A DNA stretch of 57,974 bases from Deltaproteobacteria bacterium. GTDB lineage: Bacteria; Desulfobacterota; GWC2-55-46; UBA9637. The notes below the pieces were generated by a model that saw only the letters and a list, made by a program, of their open reading frames with translations, ran no database searches and was not told the DNA's origin. Every line of letters starts with the position of its first letter. The stretch's first letter is position 1. A program made the position numbers and the translations under genes. The DNA lies in contig JACPZB010000085.1 in NCBI GenBank assembly GCA_016195725.1, positions 1-57,974 on the forward strand, in the 5' to 3' direction. This document shows, in pieces, positions 34,248-44,169 of this stretch.

Positions 34248-34904
34248 ATGGAGCGAAGCGACATGATAGACCTGCATACCCATTCATTATTAAGTGACGG
34301 TGAATTGCTTCCGTCAGAGCTTATAAGAAGGGCAGAGGCAATGGGATATAAGGGCATTGCTATAACAGACCACAGCGACGCCTCTAACATAGATTTTGTC
34401 ATAGAGAGGATAGTTGTTGTATGCAAGGAGCTTAAAAGCGGTATACCAATTATACCGGGGGTGGAATTGACGCATATACCGCCGCCGCAGATACAGGAAA
34501 TGGTAAGAAAGGCCAGAGGGTTAGGGGCAAAACTTGTTGTGGTTCATGGTGAAACTCAAGTAGAGCCGGTTTCGCCAGGGACAAATAGGGCAGCTATCAG
34601 CGCAGGGGTTGATATATTGGCGCATCCGGGGCTTATTACTGAAGAGGAAGTCAAGTTTGCGGTCGAAAGATCAGTGCATCTGGAATTGACCGCAAGAAAA
34701 GGACATAGCCTTGCCAATGGCCATGTGGGAAGATTGGCTAAGAAATTTGGCGCAAACATGGTTTTGAATACCGATACTCACTCTTCATCTGATCTCATTA
34801 CTGATGAGATGGCGATAAAAATAGTAATTGGGGCAGGGCTTGCTGAAGATGATTTTAAAAACATTTATAAAAATGCTGAGAAGATACTGCATAAGCTTAT
34901 ATAG
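34248..34904 (+). CDS. PHP-family (histidinol-phosphatase-like) metal-dependent phosphoesterase
   Basis: IDLHTHSLLSDGELLP, IAITDHSD and VVHGE. The start could be ATG 34248 or 34263. Confidence 0.8.
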   Translation: MERSDMIDLHTHSLLSDGELLPSELIRRAEAMGYKGIAITDHSDASNIDFVIERIVVVCKELKSGIPIIPGVELTHIPPPQIQEMVRKARGLGAKLVVVHGETQVEPVSPGTNRAAISAGVDILAHPGLITEEEVKFAVERSVHLELTARKGHSLANGHVGRLAKKFGANMVLNTDTHSSSDLITDEMAIKIVIGAGLAEDDFKNIYKNAEKILHKLI

Positions 34905-36177
34905 AAGCCGGCGGTCGGCAGCCAGGGGTTTAAGTTTTTTGTTTCTCCTAATCACTGCCCACTGTTCACTGCTCGCTGTTTTCACAGGTTGTACCGGAGA
35001 CCATGCGGCGAAGAAGGATATTAAAGCTATTCCATGGACAACGTATCTTTTTAATCAAGAGAGGGACGGAAAAACTGAAGATGCATTTGCGCCTCCGCCT
35101 GATATTGTCAGTGATTTTAGGATTTCCCGCGGTATCAGATTTTTTCCCATCTATGACCCCAGGCAGTATTCATCTCCGGCAATAGTTGATAATGTCGTAT
35201 ATGTAGGCAGTGCAGATAAATATTTTTATGCCATTAATCTGATAAAGGGAAAGGGGATATGGGAGTTTGAAACAAGCGGGGCAGTAGAGTCCTCTCCAAC
35301 AGTAGCTGATGGCAGAGTATACTTCGGTGCCAACGACGGCAAGCTGTATTGCCTTGATGTCAAAGATGGCCGTGAGATATGGCATTTTCAGGCTCATACA
35401 GAGATTATATCCTCTCCTGTCGTAGAGGGCGGCGTTGTTTATTTTAATTCCGCAGATGATAAACTGTATGCATTAAAGGCTGAGAACGGTGAAAAACTGT
35501 GGCAGTACAGCAGGGGGTATGTGAAGAGGACAGTGAAACGTATGTTTGCCTCGCCGGCAGCATACGGTAATAAAATATACTATAATTTCAGCGACGGCCG
35601 CCTTGTTGCTATTGAAAAATCTTCAGGCCGCGAGATATGGAGCAGGAAGATTGGAGGTTTTTCCGAAATGTGGGGCAGCGGAAGCGATGCGGTAATTGTC
35701 AGATTTACGCCAACAATAGATAACGGCCTTGTTTATATCATTGATGGGGATGGATTTATCATTGCTTTAGATGCGGAAAGCGGCAGTGAAAAGTGGAGGT
35801 TTGATATAATAAAATCCTCCGACTTTGCTATAAACCGGGATTCTATATTCATTGCGGGATATGATGGCCGTATTATTGCAATAAAAAAAGAGAGCGGTGA
35901 TATTCTATGGAGGCGGCGGGTTAGCCATGGGGTTCCTGCCTCTCTCGTTATTGCGGATAAATATCTCATCATTGCATCCAATTACAAATCTGAGAGCTTT
36001 TTCTCCAGCAGCATGGGAAGTTTGTTGGATATATTTGACATGGATAAAGGTAAAAAAATATGGAGCGAAACTATAGATTCAACTACTTCAACTTCTCTCT
36101 CTGCAGCTTACAACCATCTGTTTTTTATAACTGATAAGGGACATCTTCGCATCTACAAAAGCCGGACTCAAGACTGA
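34873..36177 (+). CDS. PQQ-like beta-propeller lipoprotein (BamB/YfgL-like)
   Basis: Positively charged n-region plus the lipobox LLAVFTGC. Repeated ...G..lWrf...g.i.ssPvv.dg.vY.gs.Dg.lyAld blades. I prefer the start at ATG 34873 over 34828. Confidence 0.75.
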   Translation: MLRRYCISLYRSRRSAARGLSFLFLLITAHCSLLAVFTGCTGDHAAKKDIKAIPWTTYLFNQERDGKTEDAFAPPPDIVSDFRISRGIRFFPIYDPRQYSSPAIVDNVVYVGSADKYFYAINLIKGKGIWEFETSGAVESSPTVADGRVYFGANDGKLYCLDVKDGREIWHFQAHTEIISSPVVEGGVVYFNSADDKLYALKAENGEKLWQYSRGYVKRTVKRMFASPAAYGNKIYYNFSDGRLVAIEKSSGREIWSRKIGGFSEMWGSGSDAVIVRFTPTIDNGLVYIIDGDGFIIALDAESGSEKWRFDIIKSSDFAINRDSIFIAGYDGRIIAIKKESGDILWRRRVSHGVPASLVIADKYLIIASNYKSESFFSSSMGSLLDIFDMDKGKKIWSETIDSTTSTSLSAAYNHLFFITDKGHLRIYKSRTQD

Positions 36178-36245
36178 AGGCTCCAGACCCAAGACTTAAG
36201 TCTAAAGCCTATAGTCTGTAGTCTTGAGTCTAAAGTCTAAAGATT

Positions 36246-38468
36246 ATGAAACCGCTCAACATAGCCTTTCTCTGGCATATGCACCAGCCTCTCTATAAGG
36301 ATCCTTTTACGAATGAATATATCCTTCCCTGGGTAAGGCTTCATGCTACAAAAGACTATTATGACATGGTTGCCATATTGGAGGAATTTCCATCTCTCCA
36401 TCAGACTTTTAATCTTGTGCCTTCCCTTGTAGAGCAGATAAATGATTATGCAAACGAAGCCGCTTCTGACAAATTTCTGTCCTTATCGCTGAAGACAGCG
36501 GCTGATTTAACCACAGACGACAAACTGTTTATCATACAAAATTTTTTCCTCGCAAATTGGGAGCATATGATTAAGCCTATTCATGGGTATTGGGATCTTC
36601 TGAAGAAAAGGGGGTTTTATCACCATGATGATATTGGGGGCGCGCTCCGTTATTTCTCAGAACAGGATTTTTTAGATCTCCAGGTTTTGTTTAATCTTGC
36701 ATGGATAGACCCCAGCATTCGAGAAGATGACAGGTTTTTAAAAGGGCTTGCAGAAAAGGGCAAGGGGTTTACTGAGGAGGAAAAGAAAAAGCTCTTGGAG
36801 AGGCAGAAGGGTATCATGAAGCAGATACTCCCTAAATATCGTGAGATGGAGCAAAAAGGTATTATTGAAATCTCTACCTCTCCCTATTTTCATCCCATAC
36901 TTCCTCTCTTATGCGACAGCTACTCGGCAAAAGAGGCTATGCCTAATATAGAGCTGCCCCAGAAGAGATTTGCCTGCCCTGAGGATGCTGTGGAGCAGAT
37001 TAGAAAAGGCATAAGGCTGCATCAGGACACCTTTGGTAAGAGGCCAAAAGGGATGTGGCCGTCTGAAGGGTCAGTAAGCGAGGCAATCATACCAATGGTA
37101 GCTCGTGAAGGTGTAAACTGGATTGCCAGCGATGAAGAGATATTGGCAAACTCCCTGAAAAAGACCATAAGACGGGGCAGCAACGGCCATTGCCTTGACC
37201 CGGAAATATTATACAAGCCATATTATGTAGCAAAGGATGGGAATGAGCTTTCTATTATATTTAGAGACCATATACTTTCTGACCTTATAGGATTTGTATA
37301 TACTACATGGGATGCGGAAAAGGCGGCAGAAGATTTTATTGAGAGACTTATGAAGATTTATAGCTCGTTCGGAAATCCTGAAGGCTATCTGGTAAGCATA
37401 ATCCTGGACGGCGAGAACGCATGGGAATATTATAAAAATGACGGCAGGGATTTTCTCACTGCATTGTATAAGAGGCTGTCTCATAATCCATTTTTTAAGT
37501 TGGTGACAGTAAGCGAACATTTACAAGAATATCCGCCGAAAGAGTATCTGCCTACGCTTTATTCCGGCTCGTGGATAAATCATAATTTTAAGATATGGAT
37601 AGGTCATAGTGAAGATAATACTGCATGGGATTATCTCAAAGATGCCAGGGAGGCCCTCGTAGATTACACAAACACCCTGAAACGAACGGGCGAGTCTAAA
37701 AAATATCAGGATACTATAGACATGGCATGGAAAGATATATATGCGGCTGAAGGGAGCGATTGGTTTTGGTGGTATGGCGATGAACATTCATCCATGAGCG
37801 ATAAAGAGTTTGATGATCTCTTCAGAAGGCATATAAAGAGGGTCTATCACTATATTGCTAAAGAGCCTCCTTTAGCTTTGGATGTTCCGATAATGATAGA
37901 GGAGAAGGTATACGAACCCCCTGTCAAGCCAACAGGGTTCATAACTCCAATTATTGATGGAGAGGTATCCAATTATTTTGAGTGGCTTTCAGCCGGCAGG
38001 CTTGAGAGGATAGGCTATGGTGTTGCAATGCACAGGGAGGCAAAGGCTGGCATTGTTGACAGCATCTCATATGGTTTCAGTCTCAAATCATTATTCTTAA
38101 GATTTGACTACTTAAGTGAAATTGCCCCCTATAAGCAAAGGTGGAGCATGGTTATAAATTTTCTTTATCCAAAGACGGTGAGGATTGAGATAAGTATAGA
38201 AGGTGCAATGGCTGAGGCGAAGATGTTTGAGAAGGATAGCGCGACGGGCAAGTTTGTTGAAAAACAAAAGATAGAATCTATTGCTGCAAAGGATGTGGTG
38301 GAAGTTGAAATTCAGTTCAAAAAACTCGCTGCAAAGAAAGAAGATGAGTTGAGATTTTTTATAACCGTAGAGGGAGGCGAAAGAGGTTTGGAACGGTGGC
38401 CGTCAAAAGGCTATGTGGCTGTGGAAGTGCCGTCAGAAGATTTTGAAAGCTATAATTGGTGGGTGTAG
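36246..38468 (+). CDS. Glycoside hydrolase family 57 protein (alpha-glucan-active)
   Basis: N-terminal FLWHMHQPLYKD, EISTSPYFHPILPLL, WPSEGSVS, DGENAWEY and SDWFWWYGD. Confidence 0.88.
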   Translation: MKPLNIAFLWHMHQPLYKDPFTNEYILPWVRLHATKDYYDMVAILEEFPSLHQTFNLVPSLVEQINDYANEAASDKFLSLSLKTAADLTTDDKLFIIQNFFLANWEHMIKPIHGYWDLLKKRGFYHHDDIGGALRYFSEQDFLDLQVLFNLAWIDPSIREDDRFLKGLAEKGKGFTEEEKKKLLERQKGIMKQILPKYREMEQKGIIEISTSPYFHPILPLLCDSYSAKEAMPNIELPQKRFACPEDAVEQIRKGIRLHQDTFGKRPKGMWPSEGSVSEAIIPMVAREGVNWIASDEEILANSLKKTIRRGSNGHCLDPEILYKPYYVAKDGNELSIIFRDHILSDLIGFVYTTWDAEKAAEDFIERLMKIYSSFGNPEGYLVSIILDGENAWEYYKNDGRDFLTALYKRLSHNPFFKLVTVSEHLQEYPPKEYLPTLYSGSWINHNFKIWIGHSEDNTAWDYLKDAREALVDYTNTLKRTGESKKYQDTIDMAWKDIYAAEGSDWFWWYGDEHSSMSDKEFDDLFRRHIKRVYHYIAKEPPLALDVPIMIEEKVYEPPVKPTGFITPIIDGEVSNYFEWLSAGRLERIGYGVAMHREAKAGIVDSISYGFSLKSLFLRFDYLSEIAPYKQRWSMVINFLYPKTVRIEISIEGAMAEAKMFEKDSATGKFVEKQKIESIAAKDVVEVEIQFKKLAAKKEDELRFFITVEGGERGLERWPSKGYVAVEVPSEDFESYNWWV

Positions 38469-38552
38469 AGAGGGGATGTGAGATATGAGATGCGGAATGT
38501 GAGCAATCTCGCATCGCACATCGCATATCGTATATCGCAGAGGGAGGTATTC

Positions 38553-39662
38553 ATGATTATCGGGGTTCCGAAAGAAATTAAAGACAAGGAATACCGTGTT
38601 GCAATAACGCCGGCAGGCATTGATATTCTTAGAAAAGCAGGGCATAAGGTGATTATTGAGAAGAATGCCGGCATTGGAAGCGGTATACATGATGAAGAAT
38701 CTAAAAAGGCAGGCGCAGAGATAGTTGATACTGCACAGGAGATATTTAAAAGGGTTGATATGATTGTAAAGGTCAAGGAACCTCTTCAGCAGGAGTACCC
38801 ATTATTAAGAAAAAATCAAATCCTCTTTACCTACCTTCATCTTGCGCCTGTGCCTGAACTGACTAAAACCTTAATGAAAAGTGAGATAGTCGCTATCGCA
38901 TATGAGACAGTTGAACTGCCAGACGGAAGCCTTCCCATATTAACGCCCATGAGCGAGGTTGCAGGTAAGATAGCTGTTCAGGTTGGCGCCTATTATCTTA
39001 TGAAGGCCCACGGCGGAAGAGGGGTGTTGCTTGGCGCTGTTCCTGGCGTAGAGAAAGGCAAAGTTGTAATAATCGGCGGCGGCGCTGTGGGGACGAATGC
39101 CGCGAAAGTGGCTTTAGGATTGGGCGCAGAGGTTATTATTATAAACCGCAGCATTGAAAGGCTGCGTTATTTGGACGATATTTTTGGCAATAAGATACAG
39201 ACATTAGCATCCAATTCTTATAATATTGAAAAGGCTGTTACAGAAGCCGACCTTGTTATCGGCGCGGTTCTGATTACAGGCGCCAAGGCGCCTCATTTAA
39301 TCACAAGGGATATGGTTTCAAAGATGAAAAGGGGATCTGTGATTGTGGATGTTTCTATTGATCAGGGCGGCTGTGTGGAAACCATCAGGCCCACAAGCCA
39401 TTCAGACCCCATTTATGAAGTTGATGGCGTGATTCATTACGGCGTTACCAATATGCCTGGCGCTGTGCCGAGAACATCCACATTTGCCCTTACCAATGCG
39501 ACTCTGCCTTATGTTGTAAAGCTGGCAAATCTGGGACTAGATGCATTAAAGCAAGACACTGCATTGGCCAAAGGAGTAAATGTTTTTAAAGGTCGGGTTG
39601 CCTACAAGGCAGTTGCAGAGGCTATGGGCAACGAATTTACGCCGCTTGAAAGCCTGTTATAA
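38553..39662 (+). CDS. ald: Alanine dehydrogenase
   Basis: MIIGVPKEIKDKEYRVAITP, VIIIGGGAVGTNAAKVALGLGA and MPGAVPRTST. AGGGAGG RBS at 38541. The longer ORF from 38478 translates a stutter repeat. Confidence 0.93.
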   Translation: MIIGVPKEIKDKEYRVAITPAGIDILRKAGHKVIIEKNAGIGSGIHDEESKKAGAEIVDTAQEIFKRVDMIVKVKEPLQQEYPLLRKNQILFTYLHLAPVPELTKTLMKSEIVAIAYETVELPDGSLPILTPMSEVAGKIAVQVGAYYLMKAHGGRGVLLGAVPGVEKGKVVIIGGGAVGTNAAKVALGLGAEVIIINRSIERLRYLDDIFGNKIQTLASNSYNIEKAVTEADLVIGAVLITGAKAPHLITRDMVSKMKRGSVIVDVSIDQGGCVETIRPTSHSDPIYEVDGVIHYGVTNMPGAVPRTSTFALTNATLPYVVKLANLGLDALKQDTALAKGVNVFKGRVAYKAVAEAMGNEFTPLESLL

Positions 39663-39945
39663 GGGGAGGCATCATACTGATTGCAGGTCTCTAAATAAAA
39701 TTGCACAAAAACCTTATCGCTATTTTCTCGTATTTTCCTCTCGACATCGGCTGCAAACAAGATATTTTCTTGCACGTGACTTTCATCACAGCTTGCCCAG
39801 AAAGTATTTTGCTATATTGAAAACGAAAAATTGAAAAGCTAATGTCTTAAAAAATGAATAATCTCCTTTGCTCAGAGCAATCCCTTGGAAACGAGGTGAG
39901 CGCAGAGCCACGAAACTAAATCCTTAAAAAGAGGTATGTTAGTCG

Positions 39946-39982
39946 AGCCGCCAAAGGTACCAAGCCCTTGGCGGCTTTTTTA
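39946..39982 (+). terminator. Strong intrinsic terminator about 280 nt downstream of ald
   Basis: AGCCGCCAAAGG, the loop TACCAAGC, CCTTGGCGGCT (11 bp with one bulge), followed by TTTTTTAT. Confidence 0.7.
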
Positions 39983-40003
39983 TTTGTGCTGCATGAGGTT
40001 AGT

Positions 40004-40889
40004 ATGAACAAGGCTGATAGCAATAATAATGTCTTTGAATGGTTTCTGATCGTGACTGCGGCGATTACGGTATGCATCGGCGGTTATGAGAGCTATGCCC
40101 AGAGATATTGGCCTGCTTACAGCATACTTGGCTTACTGCAACTGCACGGTTATCTGAAAGGGTATCCGGTGATATATGCGCCGAGCAAGGGCATATGGCT
40201 GCCCGTTGCATGGACAGGGGCGATCATGATGGTGGTGATGATGCTTTACAGCATACGGGAGGGTGAAGCTCAGGCAAACTACGAAAGAGGCCCTTCTGGA
40301 TCTCTGGATGCAGGTAATAAATAAAACAGGATTAAAGATAAGGACAGGTGAAAAGATGCTGGATGTAAAAAAGGATGGGGATTGCTTCAGGCTTGCAACC
40401 ACAAAAGGCGAATACCCCGCTAAGAATATAATACTGGCAATTGGGAGGAGGGGTACACCGAGAAAGCTTGGAGTTCCGGGAGAAAAGCTGCCAAAGGTAT
40501 CTTACAGATTGCTGGAGCCTGAACAGCACCGGAACCAACACCTCCTTGTAGTTGGCGGCGGAGACAGCGCGGTAGAGGCTGCTGTTGCGCTGGCCAGCCA
40601 GCCGCAGAACCATGTGACTATTTCATACAGAGGTCAGGCGTTCAGCCGAATAAAACCGGCAAACCAGCAGCGGCTTGACAGCATGATATCAAAAAATGGT
40701 ACTTGCAAAGTTATATTGAATTCAAATGTCGCAGAGATAGGTAAAGGAGATACAAAGGTTTCCACACCTGAAAAGGTTATCGTAATCCCAAACGATTACG
40801 TCTACATATTTGCCGGCGGCGAGCTGCCAAACGAGTTCCTGAAAAAGACAGGTGTGCAGATTGAGAAAAAGTTTGGGACTGCTGCCTGA
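40004..40889 (+). pseudogene. Membrane-domain / thioredoxin-reductase-like NAD(P)/FAD oxidoreductase with an internal deletion. The FAD GxGxxG segment is missing and the frame is broken.
   Basis: ORF 1 (to 40324) encodes TM helices ending in MLYSIRE. ORF 2 (from 40263, a different frame) starts mid-domain at ...TKEALLDLWMQVINKTGLKIRTG...LAIGRRGTPRKLGVPGE...LLVVGGGDSAVEAAVALA. No N-terminal dinucleotide-binding motif occurs anywhere. Confidence 0.6.
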
Positions 40890-41131
40890 TCCAAAAAGCC
40901 ATTGAAATTATTTTTGAGAAACCTGCCTTCCTGATGTTATTATCGTGCCTGTTCGGCCGTCAGCAATACAGGCAAATTCAGGACAAATCTGGCGATAATG
41001 GGATTTAAAACAGTCAATCCATCCAGAAATACTGCGAGTTAAAAGATTGGTCTTACGACCTCGGCGATTTTACTCCTCACTGTATCCTCCCCCCAAAATA
41101 GACATTAACCCTTTAACCCTTTCTCTTTCTT

Positions 41132-41217
41132 GTCATTGCGAGCACCCAAATGGTGCGAAGCAATCCCTTCAAAAATGACCCTGAACTTGTCAGGGTTCTG
41201 CTTTGCCTCGCAATGAC
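41132..41217. repeat. Canonical copy of the MITE-like element GTCATTGCGAG...CTCGCAATGAC
   Basis: The 11-nt terminal inverted repeats are perfect (41132-41142 and 41207-41217). It has an internal GCGAAGCAATCCC and the hairpin ACCCTGA/TCAGGGT. Confidence 0.8.
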
Positions 41218-41253
41218 AGCATTCAATCTCTATTTTTAACTCCTCATTTATCC

Positions 41254-41282
41254 TTGACTATCTCCACCAAATTAAGATAATC
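41254..41282 (+). promoter_or_regulatory. Putative sigma70 promoter upstream of lysS
   Basis: TTGACT (41254-41259), 17 nt, then ATAATC (41277-41282). Confidence 0.4.
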
Positions 41283-41317
41283 TAACACCTTAAAATTTAC
41301 AGGAAGGATTTTTTTAG

Positions 41318-42660
<1,343 letters not shown>

Positions 42661-42814
42661 AATTTCGGGTTCTATTTATTGTAGATAATTGTAGATAGTC
42701 GTATAACGGTTAACTTCTAACGAGGCAAATCTCAATTTCCATTCGCGAGCTATGAAGGTTAAATGAGGTTAAGAAAATTCTCAACCTTAACCTTATTTCA
42801 ACCTCTTTACAGTA

Positions 42815-44086
42815 ATGTCATACGAACTCTTTATAGGACTAAGATATCTTAAAGCCAAGCGCAAACAGAGTTTTATCTCTATCATAACCTTTATATCAAT
42901 ATTAGGCGTTATGGTGGGGGTAACTGCCCTTATTATTGTCCTGTCTGTGATGACAGGGTTTGAAGAGGATTTGAGAGAGAAGATACTGGGGGTGAATGCT
43001 CATCTGGTTGTTCTGGAGCTTGGCAAGGGGATGAAGGACTATAGTCAAGTAGCGGAAAAGACAAAAAAGATTGACGGTGTTGTCGGCACCACGCCATTTA
43101 TATACAACCAGGCTATGCTCTCAACAGAGAACGGAGTAGTAGGTGTTGTGGTAAGAGGATTGGATGTTGATACGGTTGGAGAGGTTGTAGCCTTGCCAAG
43201 GAAGATTATCTCAGGCAGTTTGGATGGCCTCCGCAATTCACTGCAGGATAAATATGTTGCCGGTTCGCCGCTGCCAGGCATAATAATTGGCAAAGAGCTT
43301 TCTAAAAATCTGGGTATAGCCGTCGGTGAAGAGGTTAATGTTATCTCCCCCTCTGGCACCATGACGCCCGCAGGTCCTGTGCCAAGGATTGCAAGATTTC
43401 AGGTGGCTGGGATATTTGAATTCGGCATGTACGAGTATGATTCATCCATGGCCTTTATTTCTCTTGAGAGCGCAAAGCGATTTTTCAGAATGGACGACAC
43501 GGTATCAGGCGTTGAAGTAAGGATAAAGGATATCTATCAGGCCGAGAAGATAGGAAGGGGTATACAGAAAGAACTCAGCGGTTTTTATTATGTAAGGACA
43601 TGGATGGATATGAATAAGAATTTGTTCTCAGCCCTGAGGTTGGAGAAGGTAGCCATGTTTATCATACTCATATTAATAGTTATCGTTGCTGCGTTGAATA
43701 TCATTTCTACGCTTATTATGGTAGTTATGGAAAAGGGAAAGGATATTGCGGTACTCAAATCTATGGGTGCAACTGCTGGCGGCATACTGCGGATATTCAT
43801 GATAGAGGGATTAGTGATAGGGTTTACCGGCACGGTAACGGGAGTTATTTTAGGTGTTACTACGGCGCTTAATCTTGAAAAGGTAATTGGATTTATAGAG
43901 AGGTTTTTTGGTTTTAAAGTTCTCCGTCCCGATGTTTATTATATTGATAAGCTGCCTTCAAAGGTTGATCCTTATATCGTGGCAATAATAGCGACAGCGG
44001 CAGTTATCATAAGTTTTTTGGCGACCATCTATCCGTCCTGGCGTGCCTCAAAACTAGACCCTGTTGAGGCGCTGCGGTATGAGTGA
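42815..44086 (+). CDS. Lipoprotein-releasing system permease (LolC/LolE family)
   Basis: MSYELFIGLRYLKAKRKQSFISIITFISILGV..., a MacB-like periplasmic domain, and the C-terminal FtsX-like TM bundle ending in ASKLDPVEALRYE. Confidence 0.9.
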   Translation: MSYELFIGLRYLKAKRKQSFISIITFISILGVMVGVTALIIVLSVMTGFEEDLREKILGVNAHLVVLELGKGMKDYSQVAEKTKKIDGVVGTTPFIYNQAMLSTENGVVGVVVRGLDVDTVGEVVALPRKIISGSLDGLRNSLQDKYVAGSPLPGIIIGKELSKNLGIAVGEEVNVISPSGTMTPAGPVPRIARFQVAGIFEFGMYEYDSSMAFISLESAKRFFRMDDTVSGVEVRIKDIYQAEKIGRGIQKELSGFYYVRTWMDMNKNLFSALRLEKVAMFIILILIVIVAALNIISTLIMVVMEKGKDIAVLKSMGATAGGILRIFMIEGLVIGFTGTVTGVILGVTTALNLEKVIGFIERFFGFKVLRPDVYYIDKLPSKVDPYIVAIIATAAVIISFLATIYPSWRASKLDPVEALRYE

Positions 44087-44093
44087 TACGAAA

Positions 44094-44134
44094 AAATGTC
44101 AAATGCCGAAGCTCAAAGTTCAAATTTGACATTT
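44094..44134. repeat. Word-stutter hairpin (AATGTCAAAT words)
   Basis: AAATGTCAAAT (44094-44104) pairs with ATTTGACATTT (44124-44134), a perfect 11 bp. Confidence 0.8.
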
Positions 44135-44169
44135 GGATTTTTACATTTGGATTTAATTAAGGTGATATT

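Noticed and set aside
38478-38552. N-terminal extension of ald (MRYEMRNVSNLASHIAYRISQREVF)
   Set aside because: The extension is a translation of a stutter inverted repeat. Alanine dehydrogenases start at MIIGVPKE, which here has an AGGGAGG RBS.
39968-40003. Start of the membrane ORF at 39968
   Set aside because: These codons lie within the stem and T-tract of the intrinsic terminator at 39946-39982. The first plausible start is the ATG at 40004.
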